From contig OZ253555.1 in the NCBI GenBank assembly GCA_965262725.1, positions 768,001-832,000 on the forward strand: DNA of 64,000 nucleotides, read 5' to 3'. This stretch comes from Dehalococcoidia bacterium (lineage in GTDB: Bacteria; Chloroflexota; Dehalococcoidia; UBA2979). Below are positions 9,376 to 18,859 of the stretch, piece by piece. The notes below the pieces were generated by a model, which saw only the letters and a program-made list of their open reading frames with translations, was not told the origin of the DNA and made no database searches. Both the position numbers and the translations under genes were made by a program. Positions within the stretch are counted from its first letter, which is position 1. Each line of letters opens with the position of its first letter.

Positions 9376-10047
9376 CTACTCTCCCTCGGGCAGGCCCGCG
9401 ATCCGGATGCCGGTGTGGGCGCCGTGCCGGCCGTTGATGCCGATCAGCAGGATCGTGAGCCCCTCCACGAACCGCGAGTAGCGCAGCGGGCCGGCGTCGA
9501 CGGCGCGCACGCCGGCTATCTGCTCGGCGAGGGCGCCGGCGTGCCTCTTCCCCTCGGCGCCTCCCGTGAGCAGGACGTCGGCGTCCACCGAGGCCTCCGG
9601 GTCGAGCAGCGTCTCGGCGTCGAGGTTGTGGAAGGCGCCGACCACGGTCGAGTCGGGCAGGAGCGCCGCCGCCTCCTCCGTCGCCGATCCGGCCGCGACC
9701 TCGATGGGGCGGGGCCCGCGCTCGAAGCGCACCGGCACCACGGCGTCGATGACGAGCTTCCCGGCGAGGGGACGCCTCAGCGCCTCGAGCGTGGCGGCGT
9801 GGGCGGTGTACGGCACGGTGACGATCGCGAGCGTCGCCTCAGCGCAGGCCTCGTCGTTGCCGCCGCCGCGCAGGTCGCCGGCACCGGCGCGCCCCGGGAG
9901 CGACGATGCGAGCTCGGCGGCGATGGCCGCGCCGCGCTCCGCGTCGCGGCTGCCGATGATCACGGCGTGCCCCGCCAGCACCAGTCGCGTCGCCAAGCCC
10001 CGGCCCTCCGGCCCCGTTCCGCCGATGATCGCGATCGTCTCGCTCAC
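9376..10047 (-). CDS. npdG: NADPH-dependent F420 reductase
   Basis: IIGGTGPEGRGLA, IGSR, GSATE, VGAFHN, DAGPL..SRFVE; SD GGAGG before GTG 10047. Confidence 0.92.
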   Translation of the reverse strand: MSETIAIIGGTGPEGRGLATRLVLAGHAVIIGSRDAERGAAIAAELASSLPGRAGAGDLRGGGNDEACAEATLAIVTVPYTAHAATLEALRRPLAGKLVIDAVVPVRFERGPRPIEVAAGSATEEAAALLPDSTVVGAFHNLDAETLLDPEASVDADVLLTGGAEGKRHAGALAEQIAGVRAVDAGPLRYSRFVEGLTILLIGINGRHGAHTGIRIAGLPEGE

Positions 10048-10197
10048 CGCTTGCCTCCCCCTCGTCGGCTCTCTCCCGCGCGTTCTCCCCGGCCGGGGCA
10101 CCATACAATGAGCGCCGTGTGTGTCCCCGGAGCCGACCGGGCGGGGGCCGTGCCGGAGACCCGAGCGCTACCGCAGGCCGGGGCAGGGGGAAGGCCG

Positions 10198-11022
10198 ATG
10201 GCGGCGCCAGCCACCGCATCCGGGGCGGCCGCCCCGAGCGCGCCCCCGCCGGCCCTGCTCGTTCAGTCCCTCTCCCACCGCTACCGCTCGACCGCCGGGA
10301 ACATACTGGCGCTCGACGGGGCCGCGCTTGAGGTGGGAGCCGGCGAGTTCGTCTCCCTGGTCGGCCCCTCCGGCTGCGGCAAGACGACCCTGCTCCGCAT
10401 CGCCGCCGGTCTCCTCGCTGCCTGCCCGGGCCCGGGCGCCCCCGCCCCCACGGTTGAGGTCTTCGGCTCCTCCCCAGCCGCCGCCCGCCGCGGGCGCTGG
10501 CTTGGCCTCGTGCAGCAGGAGTCGGGGCTTCTGCCGTGGCTCTCGGTGGAGCGCAACGTGGGACTCGTCGCGGAGCTCGCGGGCGTGCAGGCGGACGTCT
10601 CCGCGCTGCTCCGGCGCGTCGGGGTCGCCGAGTTCGCCCGTCACTATCCCCACGAGCTCTCCGGCGGCATGCGGCAGCGCGTGGCGCTGGCGCGCGCCCT
10701 CTCGCACGGCCCGCGCCTCCTGCTGATGGACGAGCCGCTCGGGGCCCTGGACGAGCTCTCGCGGGAGGCGCTGCGGCTGGAGCTGCTCGGGCTCTGGGAG
10801 CGCGACCGGGTCTCCGTGCTCCTCGTGACGCACTCCATCCGGGAGGCGGTGCTGCTCTCCGATCGCGTTTTCGTCATGGGTGAGAGGCCCGGGAGCGTCC
10901 TCGCCGAGTTCCCGCTCGCGCTCCCGCGCCCGCGTGGCGAGGAGCTGGTGACGACGCCCGCCTTCGCCGAGCTCGAGGCCGAGGTGCGGGCGGCGCTGAG
11001 CCAGGGGCGGGTGCTCCGGTGA
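10198..11022 (+). CDS. ABC transporter ATP-binding protein (NitT/TauT family)
   Basis: GPSGCGKTT, LSGGMRQR, LLMDEP, VTH. Confidence 0.93.
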   Translation: MAAPATASGAAAPSAPPPALLVQSLSHRYRSTAGNILALDGAALEVGAGEFVSLVGPSGCGKTTLLRIAAGLLAACPGPGAPAPTVEVFGSSPAAARRGRWLGLVQQESGLLPWLSVERNVGLVAELAGVQADVSALLRRVGVAEFARHYPHELSGGMRQRVALARALSHGPRLLLMDEPLGALDELSREALRLELLGLWERDRVSVLLVTHSIREAVLLSDRVFVMGERPGSVLAEFPLALPRPRGEELVTTPAFAELEAEVRAALSQGRVLR

Positions 11023-11843
11023 GCGGGCGGAGCCTCCCCGTCGATCCCCCCGCGGGCAGGCGCCGCCGCGCCTCCGCCGCGGGGGCGATCGCGCGGTCCG
11101 CGGTCGCGCCGCTGCTCGCGCTGGCGGTGCTCATCGCGCTCTGGGAGAGCTGGGTGCGACTCGCGGACGTGCACGAGTACCTGCTGCCGGCGCCGTCGGC
11201 CGTGGGGGCCGCTCTCGTCGACGAGCCGGGGCGCTACGCCTCAGCTGCGGCGGAGACGGCGGCCGCGGCGGCGGGGGGGCTCGTGCTCGCCACGGTGGGG
11301 GCGCTCCTCCTGGCGGTGGCGATGGCGCACTCGCGCGCCGTGGAGCGCGCCCTCTATCCGCCGGCGCTCGTCCTCAAGCTCACGCCGATCGTCGCCGTCT
11401 ACCCGCTGTTCACGATCTGGTTCGGATTCGGGCTTTGGCCGAAGATGCTGGTGGCGGCCCTGATCACTTTCTTTCCGACGCTCGTCAACGCGGTCATCGG
11501 GCTCAGGTCGGTCGACCCGGCGGCGCTCGACCTGCTGCGCTCCCTCAACGCCTCGCCCCAGCAGGTGCTCTGGAGGTTGAGGCTCCCCTCGGCTCTTCCC
11601 TATCTCTTCGCGGCGCTGCGCATCTCCGTCCCGCTCGCACTGATCGGGGCGGTCGTGGCGGAGTTCCTCTCCGGTGACGGGGGGATGGGGCAGCTCATCC
11701 TGATCGCGAACGGCGATCTCGACACGGCGACGCTGTTTGCGGCCGTTGTTGTGCTGGTGGCGATGGGTGTGCTCCTCACTGGACTGCTCGCGTATAGTGA
11801 GCGGCGCGTGCTCTTCTGGCACGCCTCCACGAGCGACGTGTAG
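11019..11843 (+). CDS. ABC transporter permease (NitT/TauT family)
   Basis: LLPAPSAV, PSALPYLFAALR and GAVVAEF motifs. Confidence 0.92.
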   Translation: MSGRSLPVDPPAGRRRRASAAGAIARSAVAPLLALAVLIALWESWVRLADVHEYLLPAPSAVGAALVDEPGRYASAAAETAAAAAGGLVLATVGALLLAVAMAHSRAVERALYPPALVLKLTPIVAVYPLFTIWFGFGLWPKMLVAALITFFPTLVNAVIGLRSVDPAALDLLRSLNASPQQVLWRLRLPSALPYLFAALRISVPLALIGAVVAEFLSGDGGMGQLILIANGDLDTATLFAAVVVLVAMGVLLTGLLAYSERRVLFWHASTSDV

Positions 11844-11979
11844 CGCCAGCGGCACACCGCTGATGCACGTCGCCTCCGCGGCCGGGCACCGATGCCGGCG
11901 GGGGACGTTCGGTACACGGCGTGCAGCGCCCGCGACCGCGTCGCGGATGCGCGCCACGGATCACCGGGGTCGGCTCATC

Positions 11980-12978
11980 ATGCCCAGAGGATCGATGTGT
12001 CTGGTGGCCGCGCTCGCGGCGCTTGCCCTGCTCGGGGCCTCCTGCGGCGGCGACGGCGACGAGAACCTGCGGGAGGTCACCTTCATGGCGGGCTTCCGCC
12101 CGCAGGCGAATCTCCCGTTCGTCGCGGTCTACATCGCCGACGCCAACGGCTACTTCGCGGAGGAGGGGCTCGCCGTCACCATCCGCCACTCCGCGGGCGC
12201 CGACGAGCACATCAAGCTCTTGCTCGAGGGCGATGTCGCGTTCACGACCGGCACGGCGGCGCAGTCCCTCAGGCAACACGCCGACGGGCTTCCCCTCCGC
12301 GCGATCGCCCTCTTCGGCCAGAGGGGCGATCAGGGCTTCGTGACGCGCGCCGAGTCGGGTATCCGCTCGCCGTCGGGATTCCGCAACCGTAGCGTCGGCT
12401 TCAAGGCGGGTGTCGTGCCGGCGGAGCTCCACGCGCTTCTCGCGACGGCGGGGCTCTCGGTGGACGACGTGCAGTTGCAGGCCGTGGGCTTCGATCCGCG
12501 CGTCTTCATCGAGGGGCAGGTCGACGTCTACCCCGTCTTCCTCAACAACGAGCCAGACACCATCCGCCGCGCCGGCGTCGAGATCATCGTGATCGATCCG
12601 CACGACTACGGCGTCCCGACTCTCGGTGTGGTCTACCTCGCGCACGAACAGACGCTGGCCGAGGATCCGGATCTGGTGGAGCGCTTCCTCCGCGCGACGC
12701 TCCGGGGTGTGGCCTGGGCCCGCGATCACGTCGACGAGGCGGTGGAGATCACGCTCACCTTCGCGGAGGGCGCCTCCGCCGATCACCAGCGCTTCCTCCT
12801 CGAGACCGACCTCGCGAACGCTCAGCGCGAGGACGGCATCGGGCGTTCCACGCCCGATCAGTGGGAGGCGCTTGCGCGGGTGCTCCAGCGCTACGGCTTG
12901 CTCGAGACCCCGCTCGACGCGGCCGCCGTCGTCGACGAGGAGGCGGTCGAGCGCATCTACGCCGACGGGCTGGATTGA
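11980..12978 (+). CDS. ABC substrate-binding lipoprotein (NMT1/THI5-like)
   Basis: Lipobox-like GASCG, GYFAEEGL, FLRATLRG..WA. Confidence 0.88.
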   Translation: MPRGSMCLVAALAALALLGASCGGDGDENLREVTFMAGFRPQANLPFVAVYIADANGYFAEEGLAVTIRHSAGADEHIKLLLEGDVAFTTGTAAQSLRQHADGLPLRAIALFGQRGDQGFVTRAESGIRSPSGFRNRSVGFKAGVVPAELHALLATAGLSVDDVQLQAVGFDPRVFIEGQVDVYPVFLNNEPDTIRRAGVEIIVIDPHDYGVPTLGVVYLAHEQTLAEDPDLVERFLRATLRGVAWARDHVDEAVEITLTFAEGASADHQRFLLETDLANAQREDGIGRSTPDQWEALARVLQRYGLLETPLDAAAVVDEEAVERIYADGLD

Positions 12979-12983
12979 TGAGA

Positions 12984-13003
12984 CGGCCTCCGGGGGGAGG
13001 CCG
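12984..13003. terminator. GC-rich hairpin between convergent genes
   Basis: CGGCCTCC-GGGG-GGAGGCCG, 8-bp stem 5 nt after the stop; no U-tract. Confidence 0.4.
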
Positions 13004-13060
13004 CCGGTTGAGCGTGACGTCCCGACCCCCCGCGCTCGCCGGCGGCCGAGCCCGGCCCGC

Positions 13061-14686
13061 TCACTGGAGTTCGGTGCCGCCGGCGCCGGCCCGCTTGGCG
13101 TCGAAGTAGATCTCGAACTCCCAACTGCCCTCGCCCAGCGGCCCGTCGGCGTGGTGGCCGACCCACCAGCGCCCGCTGTCGCCCCCCAGCCAGAGCGAGG
13201 GCGGTGACTCGTACACGACGTCGCCGTCGTGGAAGACGACCCAGTGCAGCCACAGCACGCCGCCGGCCCCCTCGTACTCGAAGAAGCCGAAGAGCCTCGA
13301 CGCGCTGCCGGCGGGCGGCGACCCGGGATCCCCGTCGGCCCCGACCGTCGAGCCGAAGGTGAGCTCCCCGATGGTGGTCTCCGGCGGTTCGATGCCGATG
13401 TAGGCGAGGCCCGTGGCCGCGAGCGATTCGTCGACCCACACCTCAAGCCGCCACTGCCCGGCGGGGACCCCGTTCGGGTTCGGCGCGAGCAGCCGGTCGG
13501 TCACCACCGCGAAGTCGCCCTCGGTCCACGTGTAGGCCGAGGAGAGCGCGTCCTGGAGAACGTCCTCCAGGAACCACCTCTCCTCGACGAGCGTGCCATC
13601 GGGGATGCCCTGGGCGGCGAACTCGTAGTAGAGCGCGGGGAGGCCGCCCACGGGGAATCGCGTGTAGTCGAAGAGGGAGGTCCGCCCCCCGCCGGCGAGC
13701 GCGTTCTCGGCGAAGGCGGGTCCGCGGATCGCGACGCCCGACGCGGCGGGGTCGGGCGAGTTGCGGGCCGGCCGCGGGTGCTGAAGCAGGGCGTGGTAGC
13801 TGGCTCGCGGCTCGGCCGAGCGGGCCGCCTCGATCAGAGGCTCGGCGAGCGCGGCCGGGCGTGCGGTGCCGATCGAGACCGCCTCGTCGTGACGGAGCTG
13901 GACCAGCACGCCGACGAGGCCACCCGCCTGGGAGAAGACGCCGCCTCCGTCCATCCCGGCCGGGAGCCGGGCGTCCATGTCGAGCCAGGCCCGGCCGTCC
14001 ACGCCGGATGCGGATCGCGTTCCGAGTAGCGTCGCGTGCGCACCGGTCGCGGCGGCGCGCTCGCCCTCGCCGGCGTAGCCGAAGAGGCGCAGCTTCTCCC
14101 GCGTCTCGATGGTGGCGGAGTTCCCGAGGCGTACCGCCGGCGCCGAGAACTCGCCCGCGACGAGCGGCGCTTCGCGGTAGGCGCTCACGGCGCGGAGCAC
14201 GGCGAGATCGTGATCCGGTGCCGCGGTCACGATCTCCGCCTCGTAGAGCAGCACGGCCGGATCACCGGCCTCCGCGCTGAGACCGACCGCCAGCGTCGTG
14301 TACGCCGGGCTGCCGTCGGAGAGGAAGGGATCCACGAGCGGGTAACTGGTCAGGATCAGCGCCCGCTCGCCGTCGACGACCACCCCGGAGCCGCGCCTCA
14401 CCGCCCGCTCGACGCCGCTTCCCGCATCGAGCGCGACGATCTGCACGACGGATTGCGCGAAGACGGCATCGGGGATCGCATCGGCCTCGCCGGCGGCGGG
14501 GGCGCCGGTGACGCCGATATGGGTCGGCGGCACGATCGCGGTCGGCGCCACGATTGGTGTCGGCGTCAGCGTCGGCGTCGGCGTCGGGATCGCGGTGGCG
14601 GTGCCCGGGATCAACTCCGCGGTCCGACCGCACGCGGCGGCGAGGAGCGCGACGAGGGCGAGCAGGGAGAGTGAGAGAGTCTTCAT
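13061..14686 (-). CDS. Lipoprotein with trypsin-like (S1) fold, catalytic His/Ser apparently substituted, plus C-terminal beta-rich domains
   Basis: Signal MKTLSLSLLALVALLAAAC, PT linker, GSGVVV, ILTSYPLV, DLAVL, AGMDGGGV. Confidence 0.75.
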   Translation of the reverse strand: MKTLSLSLLALVALLAAACGRTAELIPGTATAIPTPTPTLTPTPIVAPTAIVPPTHIGVTGAPAAGEADAIPDAVFAQSVVQIVALDAGSGVERAVRRGSGVVVDGERALILTSYPLVDPFLSDGSPAYTTLAVGLSAEAGDPAVLLYEAEIVTAAPDHDLAVLRAVSAYREAPLVAGEFSAPAVRLGNSATIETREKLRLFGYAGEGERAAATGAHATLLGTRSASGVDGRAWLDMDARLPAGMDGGGVFSQAGGLVGVLVQLRHDEAVSIGTARPAALAEPLIEAARSAEPRASYHALLQHPRPARNSPDPAASGVAIRGPAFAENALAGGGRTSLFDYTRFPVGGLPALYYEFAAQGIPDGTLVEERWFLEDVLQDALSSAYTWTEGDFAVVTDRLLAPNPNGVPAGQWRLEVWVDESLAATGLAYIGIEPPETTIGELTFGSTVGADGDPGSPPAGSASRLFGFFEYEGAGGVLWLHWVVFHDGDVVYESPPSLWLGGDSGRWWVGHHADGPLGEGSWEFEIYFDAKRAGAGGTELQ

Positions 14687-14885
14687 CGATCGCTCCACAC
14701 GCCGATGCCCCCGCCCGCCGCGCGGGGCTCGCGATTCCATGCTGCTCGCTGACAGCATGTTGCGTCGACGCCGATCATCGGCGCTCGGTGCCGTGAAGGA
14801 CCTGAGCGGCTCCCCGTCGCGGGCCGGCACCCTGCGGCGCTCCGGCGATTGTCCATCGCGGGGCGGCGGCATGGCGAGCGATCCG

Positions 14886-15491
14886 CTACGGGACGTCGGC
14901 GGGCGGAAGCTCGAGGGCGCGCCCGGCGACGAGCAGCCACGCGCGGTCGGCCGCGCCGGCGACCCGCTGGTTGGCGCTCCCCAGCACGTCGCGAAAGAGC
15001 CGGCCGAGAGCCGTCGGCGGCACGACGCCGCCGCCCACCTCGTTGCTGACGACGAGCGTCGTGCCCGCGCGCGCCGCGATCGCCGCAAGCAGAGTGTCGA
15101 CCTCCTCCCCGATACGAGCCTCGAGCCGCGCTTGGGCGTCGGTCGGGATCGAGGCCGGCAGGGCGCCCTCGTCGGTTGCAGGATCGGCGTGAAGCGCCGC
15201 AAGGAGCATGTTCGAGACCCAGAGCGAGAGGCAGTCGAGGAGAACGCAGACCCCGTCCGACGCGCCGCGCACAGCCGGCGCCGGGGCGAGCGGCGCCTCG
15301 ACGGTGCTCCACGCCCGTGGTCTCGCGGCGCGGTGCCGCGCCACGCGCGTCTGAAGCTCGGCGTCGCGTGCCTCCATCGTCGCGACGAAGACGACCGGGC
15401 GGCCGCGCCCGGCCTCGGCCTCGGCGAGCCGCACGGCGAAGCGGCTCTTCCCCGAGCGGGCGCCGCCGGTCACGAAGTAGAGCGCGCCCAT
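14886..15491 (-). CDS. cobU: Adenosylcobinamide kinase / cobinamide-phosphate guanylyltransferase
   Basis: GGARSGKS, RVARHRAAR, DCLSLW, VSNEVG, FRD..G.ANQ. Confidence 0.93.
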   Translation of the reverse strand: MGALYFVTGGARSGKSRFAVRLAEAEAGRGRPVVFVATMEARDAELQTRVARHRAARPRAWSTVEAPLAPAPAVRGASDGVCVLLDCLSLWVSNMLLAALHADPATDEGALPASIPTDAQARLEARIGEEVDTLLAAIAARAGTTLVVSNEVGGGVVPPTALGRLFRDVLGSANQRVAGAADRAWLLVAGRALELPPADVP

Positions 15492-15516
15492 CACACCCCC
15501 CGGTCCGTCGCGGCGT

Positions 15517-16305
15517 TCACGGGAGTTCCGTGGGCACGAGCCAGCCTCGGGCCGCACCGGCGACGATCGCGAGCCAGACGACGGTCTGCGCCAGCTCGAC
15601 GGCCGCGCCGTAGGTGTCGCCGGTGATGCCCCCCAACATCCGGGCCGACGCCGCCGCCGTGATCAGCGCGGCGCCGGCGGCGAGGGCGAGCAGTGCCAGT
15701 CCCGCAGCACCGAAGAGCACGATCGCGGTCGCCGCGGCGGTCGCGGTCGCGAACGGGGCGGCGAATGGCCAGAGCGCCGTGGCGACCGCGTGCCCGAGCC
15801 CGGAGGGGCGTGCCGGGCGGTAGGCAACGGCCGCCGGCACCACCGCCCAGCGCGCGAGTGCCGGCGCGAGCAGTAGCGCCGCGGGGCGCGCGGCGCCCTC
15901 GAGAGCGGCGAGGGCTGACCACTGCGCGATCAGCAGCAGGACGAGCGCCATCACGCCCGCCGGTCCCGTGGTGCCCTCGCGCATGATCGCGAGTCGCGTC
16001 TCGCGCCCTCGCTGCGCCGCGAGGCCGTCCGCGGTGTCTGCGACCCCGTCGAGGTGAAGGCCGCCGGTGGCGAGCGCGAGCGCCGCGAGCAGGACCGCCG
16101 CGACCGGGGCCCCGGGCAGGAGTTCCGAGAGGGCGTGGTCGAGCCCCCAGAGCGCGCCGCCGAGCACGAGGCCGACCGCCGGAAACCATGCCAGGGCCGA
16201 GCCGAAGCGCGCGTCGTCCCACGTGTGGACGCGCCTGAGCCGGAGCGTCGTCAGGAACTCCAGCGCGATCAGCGGGCCGTTCCAGGCACCGCCCCCGGCC
16301 GCCAC
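15517..16305 (-). CDS. cobS: Adenosylcobinamide-GDP ribazoletransferase (cobalamin synthase)
   Basis: FLT.L, TGGLHLDGVADTADG, GGITGDTYGA; GTG at 16305 follows the cobT stop. Confidence 0.92.
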   Translation of the reverse strand: MAAGGGAWNGPLIALEFLTTLRLRRVHTWDDARFGSALAWFPAVGLVLGGALWGLDHALSELLPGAPVAAVLLAALALATGGLHLDGVADTADGLAAQRGRETRLAIMREGTTGPAGVMALVLLLIAQWSALAALEGAARPAALLLAPALARWAVVPAAVAYRPARPSGLGHAVATALWPFAAPFATATAAATAIVLFGAAGLALLALAAGAALITAAASARMLGGITGDTYGAAVELAQTVVWLAIVAGAARGWLVPTELP

Positions 16306-16306
16306 G

Positions 16307-17443
16307 TCAGGCCTCCGGCCGGACGGCGTTCGGTGCATCGCTGATGCTCGCCTCCTCGAAGGTCGCCATCTCGTCCAGCAGCCGGCAGGCCGCGACACAG
16401 AGCGTGATCCCGAGCGCGGCCCCCGTCCCCTCCCCGAGCCGGAGGCCGAGGTCGAGGAGCGGATCGAGCCCGAGCCACTCCAGGGCGATGCCGTGACCCG
16501 GCTCGGCCGAGCGATGCGCCGCCACCATGTAGGGGACGCAGGCCGGGGCCATCTCGGCTGCGACGAGCGCCGCTGCGCCCGCGATCAGGCCGTCAACGAC
16601 CGCGGGGATGCGCCAGGCCGCCGCCCCGATGTAGATGCCCGCCAGCACGCCGATCTCGAGCCCGCCGAGCGAGGCGAGGAGCCCGATGCCGTCGGAGGCG
16701 CCGGCGCCGCCGGCGCCCGCCGCGTGGTGCCGCGCGAGAGCGAGCTCCACGGCGTCGAGCTTGCGGCCGTAGCCGGCGTCGTCCACGCCGGTGCCCCGGC
16801 CGGTGACGGCGGCTGCCGAGCGCCCTGTGGTGGCGGCGACGAGGGCGGCCGCCGCCGTGGAGTTGCCGATCCCCATCTCGCCGCAGCCGACGATGTCGAC
16901 GCCGGCCCCTGCCCGCTCCTCCTCGATCAGCGCGATGCCCGCGGCGACGGCCCGTTCAGCGACATCCCGCCCCATCGCCGGGTGCTCGGCGATATCGCCG
17001 GTCGCCCCGCCGAGGCGCAGTCGCCACAGCGCCGGGTCGTCCGGCGTCCGGCCGGATACGCCGGCGTCGACGACGCGGACGCGGGCGCCCGCGTGCCGGG
17101 CGAGCACGTTGATGGCGGCACCGCCCATGAGGAAGTTGGCGACCATCTGTGCCGTGACCTCCGCGGGGTAGGCGGAGACTCCGCGCGCGGCCACGCCGTG
17201 ATCGCCGGCCGCCACGACGATCAGCCGCCGGTCGAGGCGGGGACGCGGCCGGCCGGTGGCGGCGGCGATGTGCTCGGCGAGCGCCTCCAGCCGCCCGAGC
17301 GCCCCCGGCGGCTTGGTGAGACGGTGCTGCCGCTCGCGAGCGGCGCGGGCGGCAGCGCCGTCCGGCGGCGCGATCCGACCGGTGGCGGAGGCGATGCGCG
17401 CGGCGGCCTCCGGGTCGACGTCCCGCTTCAGGTCCGCGCTCAG
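16307..17443 (-). CDS. cobT: Nicotinate-nucleotide--dimethylbenzimidazole phosphoribosyltransferase (probable CTG start)
   Basis: LTKPPGALGRLE lies upstream of the first GTG (17215); AGDHGV, GEMGIGNST, LRLGEGTGA. CTG at 17443 overlaps the cobO TGA. Confidence 0.92.
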   Translation of the reverse strand: MSADLKRDVDPEAAARIASATGRIAPPDGAAARAARERQHRLTKPPGALGRLEALAEHIAAATGRPRPRLDRRLIVVAAGDHGVAARGVSAYPAEVTAQMVANFLMGGAAINVLARHAGARVRVVDAGVSGRTPDDPALWRLRLGGATGDIAEHPAMGRDVAERAVAAGIALIEEERAGAGVDIVGCGEMGIGNSTAAAALVAATTGRSAAAVTGRGTGVDDAGYGRKLDAVELALARHHAAGAGGAGASDGIGLLASLGGLEIGVLAGIYIGAAAWRIPAVVDGLIAGAAALVAAEMAPACVPYMVAAHRSAEPGHGIALEWLGLDPLLDLGLRLGEGTGAALGITLCVAACRLLDEMATFEEASISDAPNAVRPEA

Positions 17444-18060
17444 TAGTCGATCCCCGGCTGCGCCTTGATGCCGCCCTGGTAGGGGTGCTTGATCTCGGTC
17501 ATCTCCGTGACGAGGTCGGCGAACTCGACCAGCTCCGGCACCGCGCCGCGGCCGGTGAGGATGAGGTGCACGTTGGGTGGGCGCGCGGCGAGCGCTGAGA
17601 CGACGGCCTCAACGTCCAGCCAGCCGTAGCTGATCGGGTAGGTGATCTCGTCAAGCACGACGAGATCGTAGCGGCCGGACTCGATCTTCTCCCGCGCGAG
17701 CGCCCAGCACTCCCGCGCGAGGGCTTTGTCCTTCTCGATGTCGGTGGAGAGCCAGGTGAAGCCGTCGCCCAGGGGGGTCATCTCGATCCCCATCGCCTGC
17801 GCGGCGCGCGTCTCGCCGAAGTTGGAGGTGGATGACTTGATGAACTGGAGCCAGCAGATCGACCAGCCGCGCCCCCAGGCGCGCATCGTCACGCCGAGCG
17901 CGGAGCTCGTCTTCCCCTTGCCGTCGCCGGTGTAGAGGAGGACCAGTGGGTGCCGCTTGCGGAAGAGGCCCCTCCACTGCTTCGGCGGCTGCGGGACCGC
18001 CGCCTGGCCGGCGTGCTCCTCCGATGCGCTGACATCGTGCTCGTCGCGACTCTCTGGCAC
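17440..18060 (-). CDS. cobO: Cob(I)yrinic acid a,c-diamide adenosyltransferase
   Basis: YTGDGKGKTSSA, QFIK, LDEI, LTGR, KHPY..GIKAQPGIDY. Confidence 0.95.
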   Translation of the reverse strand: MPESRDEHDVSASEEHAGQAAVPQPPKQWRGLFRKRHPLVLLYTGDGKGKTSSALGVTMRAWGRGWSICWLQFIKSSTSNFGETRAAQAMGIEMTPLGDGFTWLSTDIEKDKALARECWALAREKIESGRYDLVVLDEITYPISYGWLDVEAVVSALAARPPNVHLILTGRGAVPELVEFADLVTEMTEIKHPYQGGIKAQPGIDY

Positions 18061-18189
18061 CGGTCACACCCCTCGGCGCGTACGGTACACCGGGGGCGCG
18101 CAGCGGGAGCGTCGGCCCGGCTCGCAGCGGCCGGGCATCGACGCTACCGTCGGTTTCGGCGCACGGATGCGGAGGGGGAGAGGTCCGAC

Positions 18190-18777
18190 GTGGAGCACGG
18201 CAGCGGCGTGCCCGGCGATCCCTGCGCGCCCGTCGAGGTGCGCGACGCCCGCAGGGAGGATCTCCCCCAGCTGCTCGCGATCTACAACCACTGGGTTCGC
18301 ACGAGTGCGGCCACCTTCGATCTTGAGCCCCTCACGACTGAGGCGTGGGAGCGCTGGTTCGAGGGGCACCGGGATCCCGCCCGCCCCGTCCTCGTTGCCG
18401 AGGGGACGGGGACCGGCGGCGAGGGCCGCGAGCTGCTGGGCGGGGCGTGGCTCTCGGGATGGCGCCCGCGCCTTGGCTTCGCCCGCACGGCAGAGTCCTC
18501 GATCTACCTCCACCCGAGCGCGCGTCAGCAGGGCGTCGGGCGCTCGCTCTACTCAGCGCTCATCACGCGTGCCCGCTCGCTCGCGCTCCACACGCTGATC
18601 GCTATTATCACGCCGCCCAATGCCGCCTCCACCGCGCTGCACCGGAGCCTCGGCTACGAGCGCGTGGGGGTGACGCGCGAGGTCGGGTGGAAGTTCGAAC
18701 GCTGGCAGGACAGCGAGATCTGGCAGCTCATGCTCGATCGCGAACCGCGTTCCGGCGAGCGCCGCGCCGGGCGTTGA
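18190..18777 (+). CDS. GNAT N-acetyltransferase (Pat/YncA-like)
   Basis: IYNHWV...ATFD, ESSIYL, GVGRSL, N.AS.ALH..LGY, VGWKFERWQD; SD GGAGG region before GTG 18190. Confidence 0.88.
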   Translation: MEHGSGVPGDPCAPVEVRDARREDLPQLLAIYNHWVRTSAATFDLEPLTTEAWERWFEGHRDPARPVLVAEGTGTGGEGRELLGGAWLSGWRPRLGFARTAESSIYLHPSARQQGVGRSLYSALITRARSLALHTLIAIITPPNAASTALHRSLGYERVGVTREVGWKFERWQDSEIWQLMLDREPRSGERRAGR

Positions 18778-18801
18778 CAAGCGCTCCCGCGCCTGTATGC
18801 T
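18774..18801 (+). promoter_or_regulatory. Sigma70-type promoter upstream of the riboswitch
   Basis: Perfect TTGACA (18774-18779), 16-nt spacer, TATGCT; locally AT-rich. Confidence 0.6.
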
Positions 18802-18859
18802 AATTTCGTCACAATCACGTATGGAAGGCATGCGTACGTGACGATGCCCTTTCAGGGCA

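Noticed and set aside
11844-11979. Possible TPP or FMN riboswitch before the THI5-like binding protein
   Set aside because: Only generic GC hairpins; no CTGAGA (TPP) or FMN consensus.
18061-18189. Expected cobalamin riboswitch upstream of cobO
   Set aside because: Spacer is only about 130 nt and no B12-box or GGGAA core is recognisable.
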